The notes: generated by a model not told the origin, from the letters alone. 32,000 nucleotides of DNA from Cupriavidus necator (GCF_016127575.1 NZ_CP066019.1:450001-482000), one strand, 5' to 3'. Positions 1 through 7,094 are shown, counted from the first letter of the stretch. A program made the numbers and translations.

Positions 1-347
1 AGCAAAAGGCCGCGTCGCTGAATGCCGACCTGCGCTTCTTGCAGTCGAACTACGAGGGACAGCTGGTCGACTGGATCCAGGAAGCGCGCGGCGTGGCGGA
101 CGGCATCATCATCAATGCGGCCGGCCTGACCTACTCGTCGATTCCGATCCTCGATGCCTTGCTGTCTTTCCCCGGCAAGATCATCGAAACCCATATGAGC
201 AACATCTGGAAGCGCGAGCCGTTCCGCCACCACTCCTACATCTCAAAGGTGGCGGATGGCGTGATCGCCGGGCTGGGCGGCGACGGCTACGAATTCGCCA
301 TCGAGGCCGTCACGCGGCTGGTGCAGAAGGGCAGAGCAGCGGTCTGA
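1..347 (+). CDS. aroQ: 3-dehydroquinate dehydratase, type II (5' end outside window; reading frame starts at position 3)
   Basis: The frame-3 ORF is open to the window edge ([28 protein letters not shown]...[18 protein letters not shown]...[20 protein letters not shown]...[13 protein letters not shown]). This matches conserved blocks of type II dehydroquinases. Stop TGA at 345-347. Confidence 0.9.
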   Translation, partial: QKAASLNADLRFLQSNYEGQLVDWIQEARGVADGIIINAAGLTYSSIPILDALLSFPGKIIETHMSNIWKREPFRHHSYISKVADGVIAGLGGDGYEFAIEAVTRLVQKGRAAV

Positions 348-425
348 TTTCCATGCGCACGCGGAACGGCAGCAGGATGTACTCTCGCTGCCGTCCTTGC
401 CATTATTCTCAAGGCAGTTGCCAAG

Positions 426-1382
426 ATGCCAATTTCTGAAGACACCCCCTCGGGCGCGCTGGCTTTCTACAGCGCCTTCGACGATTTCGACACGTGGAAG
501 CGCGCGCTCCAGGCCCAGCTCCCGAACCTGAAAGTCATTCACTCCAGCAAAATCACCCGGCCAGCCGACATTCACTACGCGCTCGCCTGGAAACCGCCGG
601 AGAATTTCTTTGCCGAAATGACGAACCTGCGCCTGATCGTCAATCTGGGAGCGGGGGTTGATTCACTGGTCCAGCGGCAGGATCTTCCCCAAGGCATTCC
701 CATCACGCGGCTCACGGACCCGCAGATGGCGCGCATGATGGCGGGATACGTGCTGTTCTCCGTGCTGCGGCACGCCCGGGACATCCCGTACTTCGAGCAG
801 GCGCAGCGGCGGGGTGAGTGGGCCTACCGTCATCCCCGTTCTCCGGAAGACATCCGCGTGGCGGTTCTGGGGCTCGGTCAGCTGGGCGCGAAAGCGGCCC
901 ACGAACTGCAGCGCCAGGGGTTCAAGGTGATCGGCTGGTCGCGCAGCCCGGCGCAGATCGAAGGCGTGGAATGCTTTGCCGGACTGGAAACGCTCGACAC
1001 CGTGCTAGGACAGGCGGACATTGTCGTCGTGATGCTGCCGCTCACGCCGCAGACGGCTGGCATCCTGGATCGGGCGCGACTCGAGCAGCTGCCGCGAGGC
1101 GCGGCCTTCATCAACGTTGCGCGGGGCGCACTGGTCGATCAGGCGGCGCTTACGGACCTGCTCCAAAGCGGCCACATTGGCGGGGCAACCTTGGACGTTT
1201 TCGAGCGCGAACCTTTGCCTGCCGGGGATCCGCTGTGGAGCATGCCTAATGTGCTGATCACACCCCATCTGGCTTCGGTGGCGATTCCGTCGTCTGCGGC
1301 GAGGCAGATTGCGGAGAATATTGTTCGGGTTTCTGCCGGCGAATCGCCGGATAACATCATTGATCCAGCACGCGGATATTGA
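426..1382 (+). CDS. ghrA: glyoxylate/hydroxypyruvate reductase A-like D-2-hydroxyacid dehydrogenase
   Basis: 318 aa with the NAD-binding motif VAVLGLGQLGAKAA and the catalytic-domain block LDVFEREPLP...ITPHLAS. The C-terminal IDPARGY resembles the E. coli GhrA terminus as I recall it. ATG is preceded by AAGGCAG. Confidence 0.85.
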   Translation: MPISEDTPSGALAFYSAFDDFDTWKRALQAQLPNLKVIHSSKITRPADIHYALAWKPPENFFAEMTNLRLIVNLGAGVDSLVQRQDLPQGIPITRLTDPQMARMMAGYVLFSVLRHARDIPYFEQAQRRGEWAYRHPRSPEDIRVAVLGLGQLGAKAAHELQRQGFKVIGWSRSPAQIEGVECFAGLETLDTVLGQADIVVVMLPLTPQTAGILDRARLEQLPRGAAFINVARGALVDQAALTDLLQSGHIGGATLDVFEREPLPAGDPLWSMPNVLITPHLASVAIPSSAARQIAENIVRVSAGESPDNIIDPARGY

Positions 1383-1393
1383 GGTATGGGCTA

Positions 1394-1416
1394 CGTCCGG
1401 TGCAATGCGCCGGACG
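1394..1416 (+). terminator. GC hairpin downstream of ghrA (possible terminator, no T-tract)
   Basis: 7-bp stem cgtccgg (1394-1400) / ccggacg (1410-1416) with a 9-nt loop, starting 12 nt after the ghrA stop. No U-run follows, so the function is uncertain. Confidence 0.3.
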
Positions 1417-1430
1417 CGTGGAAGGGATGA

Positions 1431-1595
1431 GAGACGCGATCAAAATGGAGCGAAGCGGTTCTGGCTAGGGGGCGAAGCAGGGGACTTGGATCGCGAGGCG
1501 AATTGTTCCAATGCCGCTGTGCCAGGGTGGCGGCAGACAGTACAGGTAGTCCGGCGAGGCCACGCAACAATGACAGATCATTTTGATCGCGTCTC
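1431..1595. repeat. perfect 17-bp inverted repeat pair flanking a 131-bp spacer
   Basis: gagacgcgatcaaaatg at 1431-1447 is the exact reverse complement of cattttgatcgcgtctc at 1579-1595. It lies between ghrA and the P-II remnant at the left edge of the AT-rich island. Confidence 0.85.
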
Positions 1596-1600
1596 CAGCG

Positions 1601-1702
1601 TCAGACTGCCGCTTCTTCCTGCTCACCCGTATGAATGCGGATGACGCGGTCGATCAGCGTCACGAAAATCTTGCCGTCGCCGATCTTGCCGGTAAGCGCA
1701 GC
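1601..1702 (-). pseudogene. 3'-terminal remnant of a nitrogen regulatory protein P-II gene (glnB/glnK-like), N-terminal ~70% missing
   Basis: The minus-strand translation reads [33 protein letters not shown]-stop (TGA = plus tca 1601-1603). This matches the conserved P-II C-terminus (T-G-x-I-G-D-G-K-I-F-V...V-I-R-I-R-T-G-E). Similarity ends upstream (GRAP...), and no minus-strand ORF of 60 aa or more is listed here. Confidence 0.6.
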
Positions 1703-1801
1703 TGGCGCCCGACCTCGTACCGAGTCACCTTGCAGTGAGAGCCGCCAAGCCGTCAGTGGACCACCTTTTGGCCCCCCGTGCGCAAGTTCCCCAACTATGT
1801 C

Positions 1802-2974
1802 CTAAGCAAATGGTCGAATCGATTTGCTGTAGCCGTTCCGGATGCCTGATGAGAAGAACCCGCCGCACTCCGCCTTTCGCGCACAGGGCTCGCATTCTGG
1901 TGCGTATTCGTTCTTCCAGTCAGAGATGGACTTGACATATGCTGGCTCGACATCCGCATTCACCAAGCAGAGTTGATGGTTATACACAGACGTCTTGAGT
2001 CCATAGCTTCTTAGAATCCCGACAGCCGTACTAAGCTCCGTCTTGTAGTCGGCGGGGTCGATCCAGAGCGCATCCAGGTTCGCGCGGGTGAACCCGGTCA
2101 TTTCCAATCCCATTAGCGCGACGTGGTCGACAAACAGAAGATTCCGGGCAATGAATTCTGAAAGCGCAGGCAGACCTTTATAGGTTTGCTTGTGGACCAC
2201 AACACGAATCTCAACTTTCTGATTCAGGCGTTTCAGATTCAGGATGCCTCGAATTGTTTCATCAAAGGCCCCTTCGGCTTGGACAACGTAGTCATGACGT
2301 GCCGGGTCGGCCGAGTAGACTGGGATGCCTATCATCACATCGGGATGCTGAACTGCTGCATATTGTTCAGCAAACGCCGCGGCGGCGAATGTTCGCCCGT
2401 TCGACAGGATGTGCAGGGAGGTACGTGGTAGCCAGTTCCTAATTTGATGAAGCAGATCGATGAATCCGTCGCCGAACAGCGTTGGTTCTCCGCCTGTAAT
2501 GCCCAGCGAACGCGTGTTCCGCGGAATCAGGCGAACGGTCTCCATGGCCTCGTCCAGCAACCAGCGGTCATCAACCTTCTTCGGTGGCTGCGAACACATC
2601 AAGCAATAGTTGTTGCACTGCTCTGTAAGCAGGATGCTGTTGTGGTTGGACTCCGCCCGGAAAAGCGCTCTGATCCTACCGTCGCCGGTCAAGCTGACAA
2701 CATCGCCCTCAGCCAGGTAAGAGAACTCGTCGGTCAACAGGGTGCAGGGGATGTCATCGGTCAGGCTCGTCGGCCGTTCGTTGAACGCGAAATAGTGAGC
2801 GAAGCCGGTGGGGGCCGGCACATTAGATCGGGACAGGTAAGCCCTTGCCCCCCTCAATGGGAGTGGAAGGGCAGGATTCGTACTGAGGCTGAACTGCCGC
2901 CGAGGTGCCGGCGATTGCGGCTGTGGAGCCTTCTCCTCGGCGAGGCGGATAACGCGTCCTGAAAGTGTTAGCAT
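1802..2974 (-). CDS. hxsC: His-Xaa-Ser system radical SAM maturase HxsC
   Basis: Radical SAM CX3CX2C motif (CNNYCLMC) followed by GITGGEPTL. C-terminal Cys cluster CEPCARKAEC-GG. It is the last gene of the hxsA-D-B-C cassette. I prefer ATG at 2974 (MLTLSGRV...) over the track's GTG at 2986; that ATG overlaps the hxsB stop as ATGCTAA. Confidence 0.85.
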   Translation of the reverse strand: MLTLSGRVIRLAEEKAPQPQSPAPRRQFSLSTNPALPLPLRGARAYLSRSNVPAPTGFAHYFAFNERPTSLTDDIPCTLLTDEFSYLAEGDVVSLTGDGRIRALFRAESNHNSILLTEQCNNYCLMCSQPPKKVDDRWLLDEAMETVRLIPRNTRSLGITGGEPTLFGDGFIDLLHQIRNWLPRTSLHILSNGRTFAAAAFAEQYAAVQHPDVMIGIPVYSADPARHDYVVQAEGAFDETIRGILNLKRLNQKVEIRVVVHKQTYKGLPALSEFIARNLLFVDHVALMGLEMTGFTRANLDALWIDPADYKTELSTAVGILRSYGLKTSVYNHQLCLVNADVEPAYVKSISDWKNEYAPECEPCARKAECGGFFSSGIRNGYSKSIRPFA

Positions 2975-4431
2975 CGATTCACCCACCGCATGAAAATTTC
3001 CCTGGCTGCTTCGTCATTGCGCATCTTATCGAGCAGGTACTTGGTAATCCCCATGACGCGCTTGCAGAAGTCGGACTCCGGCTTCCGTCCAAGAACGTCG
3101 CCATACATGCCATGGTGAAACACAGGGTCGGATCCACACCACGGCTCGAACGCACAATCGCTACACATTGGTGCAGACGCCGTGAAGGAGTCTTCGAGGG
3201 CCGTCAGTAGCGCGTCCGCGGTGAATATTTCCTCGTAACTGTTCTGATGAACATTACCGATGCGGAACGTCGTGTCGCCCATCTCACGCAGCATGCGGCT
3301 CTCGTCAGACGCATAGACGTCACCGTCGTAGTTAAACACGACGGCTGCGATGCCGGCGCCTGCAGGAGTCATCAGATCCACAAAGCCAGGGTCTTCGGCC
3401 GACATCATCTTGGTCAGCAACAGGGTGGAGTAGTACTCGGTGAAGGGCGTTCCTGCCTTGTTGAGGGCGAGGATGTAGTCCATTCCCTCTTTGTAGAATT
3501 CGAGCCACCGTTCGGTGTTGTAGGCCTGAAAGCTCTTCGTCTTGAGCGCAAAGCCGTAGGGGGAGAGATGGCGCAGAAAAATACCGTCGAAGCCATGCTT
3601 GAGGTATTCGTCGATGATGTCGCGGACGCGATTCAGACTTGCCGGCGAAGTGGTCATCAGCGCGGATACCGAGTCGTAGCCCACCATGTCGCGGGCGCGC
3701 TTGAGGCCTGAGACAAAGCGCTCGTGACTGTCCCGACCGGGACGCGGCCGGTTCTTGTTATGCAGGTCCGCCGGGCCATCCAGGGAGGATGACAGGAAGA
3801 TCTTGTGGTCGCGACAGAACTCCAGAATCTCATCCGTGGCCAGCGACAAGGTTGTGGTGATAACAAACTGGAGATCCCGGCCTTCCACTTTGTTTATTTT
3901 CTCAGCCTTTTTCACTACATATCGAATCAGCTCGAAGTTCAGTAATGGCTCACCACCTTGAAACTCAATTTTTATAGCGGGGTTCGGGGAACGGAAAACG
4001 AGGTCCAAAGCCTTGTCCGCTGTCTCCGGTGTCATATCGAAGGCCGCTTTGTTCTCCGACTGGCGAGAGACTTGGCAATACTGGCAACTATGATCGCAGC
4101 GTAACGATGCGACAAATATGTGCAGATTCGTGAAGTTGGAAAGCTTACTAAACTTGGTCCGCGTCTTCAGTGTGAGCAGTTCCAAACTAGCTTCGTCACC
4201 GGCTTCACGGAGGAAATGCCGGGATCTCAGCGTAATGTAGTCGGGGTCGCTAGGACTCAAACGATGCGCTACGAGGTCCTCAAGCTGCCGGCGAGATAAA
4301 AAAGCAAACTCGCCGACGGCATTCGTGGCCACCACATTTTCGTTATCCAGGGCTTCAAACCGAAACGGTAGTAACTGATATCGCCCCGCATTCTTGCTTT
4401 GATAGCTCTCTAGGCTGCGAAACTTATTCAT
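2968..4431 (-). CDS. hxsB: His-Xaa-Ser system radical SAM maturase HxsB (SPASM/twitch-type C-terminus)
   Basis: 487 aa with the CX3CX2C motif CDHSCQYC, the block EFQGGEPLL, and the C-terminal auxiliary-cluster-like motif CSDCAFEPWCGSDP...C. The ATG overlaps the hxsD stop (ATGA at 4428-4431). Confidence 0.85.
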   Translation of the reverse strand: MNKFRSLESYQSKNAGRYQLLPFRFEALDNENVVATNAVGEFAFLSRRQLEDLVAHRLSPSDPDYITLRSRHFLREAGDEASLELLTLKTRTKFSKLSNFTNLHIFVASLRCDHSCQYCQVSRQSENKAAFDMTPETADKALDLVFRSPNPAIKIEFQGGEPLLNFELIRYVVKKAEKINKVEGRDLQFVITTTLSLATDEILEFCRDHKIFLSSSLDGPADLHNKNRPRPGRDSHERFVSGLKRARDMVGYDSVSALMTTSPASLNRVRDIIDEYLKHGFDGIFLRHLSPYGFALKTKSFQAYNTERWLEFYKEGMDYILALNKAGTPFTEYYSTLLLTKMMSAEDPGFVDLMTPAGAGIAAVVFNYDGDVYASDESRMLREMGDTTFRIGNVHQNSYEEIFTADALLTALEDSFTASAPMCSDCAFEPWCGSDPVFHHGMYGDVLGRKPESDFCKRVMGITKYLLDKMRNDEAAREIFMRWVNRC

Positions 4432-4718
4432 TGTTGCAACCCTGTGCGCGAGAACGCGTACGCTAAAATCAGGTTTCTCGCTGCCTCTGTTTCGTTTTTT
4501 ATTTGCAGGCGGAGTTGTTGGTCGAGGAGTTCACGTTTGAAGTTGGCTAGAACGTCTTCCAGTGGTGCTGCGATGCCCCCGACCAATTCAATTTCGCAAA
4601 CTACGGAGGTCGGACTTTGCGAGATCAGCACCGTGAGCCGGTCTATGAATCTGTATGCCGCCTTTTGTACCGCCTCCAGGCAGTAGACGGCGGAATCTAG
4701 TTCCAAACGTGTTGTCAT
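4428..4718 (-). CDS. hxsD: His-Xaa-Ser system protein HxsD (small accessory protein)
   Basis: 96 aa, located between the precursor and maturase genes. It contains ELLDQQLRLQI, which fits the LLNDYxLRE-type motif after which the HxsD family model was named (from memory). Translationally coupled to hxsB. Confidence 0.75.
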   Translation of the reverse strand: MTTRLELDSAVYCLEAVQKAAYRFIDRLTVLISQSPTSVVCEIELVGGIAAPLEDVLANFKRELLDQQLRLQIKNETEAARNLILAYAFSRTGLQQ

Positions 4719-4732
4719 GGGGACCTTGGAGG

Positions 4733-4755
4733 AGCCGACCCACGAGGAGTCGGCT
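4733..4755 (-). promoter_or_regulatory. intercistronic stem-loop between hxsA and hxsD
   Basis: 7-bp stem agccgac (4733-4739) / gtcggct (4749-4755) with a 9-nt loop, inside the 58-nt hxsA-hxsD spacer. No U-tract follows on the minus strand. Confidence 0.4.
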
Positions 4756-4776
4756 ATGAAATGTGTTTGTTTCTGC

Positions 4777-5073
4777 TTAGTACCGGCTGGAGTAGTGCGA
4801 CGAATGCGACCGGTGCGACGAATGTGATGAGTGCGACTGATGCCACGCCATCAGCTTTCCCTCATGGGCGTCCGAGCGCTTCAGGATGAAATTGAAGACG
4901 TCGCCGGCAGAGTCTGTCACTGCGATTCTTTCGAGAGATTTGGCGTCAATCGAAGTGGTCGATGAAGCATCAACCGAATGTGTCGGCGCTTGCGACGGCA
5001 GCTGCGCTGCAGTGGCGCCCTGCGCCGCAAAACCTGCGGCGACTGCCGCAAATGTTTTGAGGAACCCCTTCAT
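4777..5073 (-). CDS. hxsA: His-Xaa-Ser repeat precursor protein HxsA
   Basis: 98 aa. The N-terminus MKGFLKTFAAVAAGFAAQGATAA looks like a signal peptide. The C-terminus reads W-HQS-HSS-HSS-HRS-HSS-HYS-SRY-stop, i.e. six H-x-S repeats. Strong SD (GGGAGA) lies 5 nt upstream of the ATG at 5073. Confidence 0.85.
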   Translation of the reverse strand: MKGFLKTFAAVAAGFAAQGATAAQLPSQAPTHSVDASSTTSIDAKSLERIAVTDSAGDVFNFILKRSDAHEGKLMAWHQSHSSHSSHRSHSSHYSSRY

Positions 5074-5129
5074 ACCGTCTCCCTTTTTATTAGTCCGCCT
5101 CTCTAGAAATTCAGCCTGCGGATGTATAA

Positions 5130-5171
5130 CCCATTTGAGTTAAATTCCTCCCATTTGTACTAAATGGGAGG
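5130..5171. promoter_or_regulatory. candidate operator upstream of hxsA: 10-bp perfect inverted repeat plus a direct half-site copy
   Basis: cctcccattt (5147-5156) and aaatgggagg (5162-5171) form an inverted repeat with a 5-nt spacer. The half-site core cccatttg also occurs at 5130-5137 and 5150-5157. The element lies 57-98 nt upstream of the hxsA ATG. Confidence 0.35.
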
Positions 5172-5867
5172 CAAGGCGTATTGGCCGTGTAAGGTCTTGG
5201 TACACCTTGTAAGGAAGTGTAACATCCGATTTTTGAATTGGCGGCATAAGGTGCTATGTGTGCTTTGTTATGCTCTCGCACATGTGGTTTTTGACAAGAA
5301 TCCTAAATCGAAAGTGGATACCGAGGCGCTTTGGAAGTTCTGCGCTTATGATCGATCGACGTGCGACATCGGAAGCCCATCCCGAGTGGTACCTCCGAAC
5401 CTTTGGCGCGGTCCGGCCAACTCTGGACAGAAGTGCGGGGGTTGGTCGTGGATGTTCACCAGTCCGAGGCAACGGGGATTCCAACGAGATCAAATACGTC
5501 AGCCCGACCCATTGGCCACAGGCGGACGAGGGGAAGATGAATTTCCCGGGTTGCAGCCCCTATCGAGTGAATATGCTAACTGACAGCAAAGAGGTTTTCA
5601 ATGCGAAGGCAAATGCTAGTCCTGCGTGTGGGAATTGACCGTGGGGGCGGGAACTATTAGGAGCCCCGATTTGCGGATCGCAGTTTTGAGTACACATTGA
5701 TTCCGGAATTTAAGGTTCATCGCTGATTTCCGGGAAGGCACAGATCGGCCAAGAGCTGTCGCCACCGCAATTTGCGATGATTCAACGGGCGCGCTTGCCG
5801 TCCTCGGTGGCCGTAGTGCATCATCCCTGCCGTACAAATCCACAAGCGCCTTACGGAGCTAACGCAC

Positions 5868-7094
5868 ATGGCGTACTCGAAGTCCAGGACCAGTCTGCTG
5901 ATTGCTTTTCTCATTGCGAGCAGCGCCACTTTCGCGCAGCATGAGGTCAATTTCCACGACCCCATCAATATCGAAGGCCACGTGTCGGAAAAAAATGGCC
6001 CACAACATGCAGGTGGAGCAGAAAAGGGTGGCCCGGAGGGCCCACGCGACAAGCCAGCTAACGGCCCAACCACCACGATTCAGGCTCAACCCATTGATGT
6101 AGTTGCGGAAATGTCCCGCGGTCGAATCAGCGGGAAGGATGCTGTTCCTGTCACGGTGGGAGGCGTCACCTACATGGTGTCGCCTCAAGCAAAGGCGGAC
6201 CTGAAGGAATTTATCAAGACGTACAACGCGACCGGCCACGTCGGACAGCTTGTCGCTGCAGCCGCAACCCTTTTCGCAATGTTTGGACTCGTCACCGAGC
6301 CCGATCTGAGTCAGATCGATTTCAACATCGACGAGACTGTAATGGTGCTGTCGGCGCCTTCGATCTTTGCAGCAGCTTGGCGCGCCCAGGCCTTGGACTA
6401 TGTTCGAGGCTACATCAATCCCAGCCGCGCCCATACCCAAGAGGGTCGCATGTGGCAGCGGATGGAAGATCTGATCCGCGAGCCGGGGAGGTATCGCGAC
6501 GGCGGTATCAAGCGGGAGCCGAATGGGCAAATACAAATGCGCGCGCTGCCCGCGCAGCGGTATCGCGATGTGCCAGGCGACTATCCCCTGACGCAAGCGG
6601 ACGAGGTCGAACTGGGACGGCTGATCGATAGCCTGCGACGGAACCCCATTGCCATGGACTACCTTGCTAAAACTGACGCCGTGTTGGGCATCTATACGCA
6701 GGACCCACAAGGACGGCCAAGACTGTCCGCACGAGACCAATACCTCATGAACATGGCGCTACTGCGACTCGCGCCCCAAGAGAAGACACAACTCGCACAA
6801 GCATTCTGGCGAAACACGCAGTTTCCGGCCGCACTCACGCCGGCATTCTGGTCATCCATGTCGGCCTACCTGCAGCGTGAGGAATGGGATCGCAATTCGC
6901 ACATCGCAATCCTGCGTCACATGGCGGGCTTCAGCGACGACCTTGGCTTTCCGGACGAGTTGCCGAGGTATGACGATGGGTTCTGGACGAACATCGCACC
7001 AGCAGCGTTGGCGGCCACTGGGCCGATCTTCGTCTTTCCCCAGCACGGCCCGCAGGCTTGGACCTTCCACTATCCCGGTCCCGGAGGCCAGTAG
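5868..7094 (+). CDS. hypothetical secreted protein (no recognisable domain)
   Basis: 408 aa with a Sec-type N-terminus (MAYSKSRTSLLIAFLIASSATFAQ|HE). Amino-acid composition is balanced compared with the Arg/Cys-rich antisense ORF 5859-6740. GGAG lies 11 nt upstream of the ATG. Confidence 0.65.
   Translation: MAYSKSRTSLLIAFLIASSATFAQHEVNFHDPINIEGHVSEKNGPQHAGGAEKGGPEGPRDKPANGPTTTIQAQPIDVVAEMSRGRISGKDAVPVTVGGVTYMVSPQAKADLKEFIKTYNATGHVGQLVAAAATLFAMFGLVTEPDLSQIDFNIDETVMVLSAPSIFAAAWRAQALDYVRGYINPSRAHTQEGRMWQRMEDLIREPGRYRDGGIKREPNGQIQMRALPAQRYRDVPGDYPLTQADEVELGRLIDSLRRNPIAMDYLAKTDAVLGIYTQDPQGRPRLSARDQYLMNMALLRLAPQEKTQLAQAFWRNTQFPAALTPAFWSSMSAYLQREEWDRNSHIAILRHMAGFSDDLGFPDELPRYDDGFWTNIAPAALAATGPIFVFPQHGPQAWTFHYPGPGGQ

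Noticed and set aside
5164-5638. ORFs 5164-5583 (+), 5258-5638 (+) and 5254-5493 (-) in the hxsA upstream spacer
   Set aside because: They have no SD, and their Cys/Trp/Arg-rich sequences look implausible. The frames overlap each other. I treated the region as non-coding (see the finding on the long spacer).
5859-6740. 293-aa minus-strand ORF opposite the 408-aa secreted-protein gene
   Set aside because: Its translation is rich in Arg, Cys and His and has no signal or domain features. The plus-strand frame has a clean signal peptide, an SD and balanced composition, so I kept the plus-strand call. Neither has homology support that I can verify.
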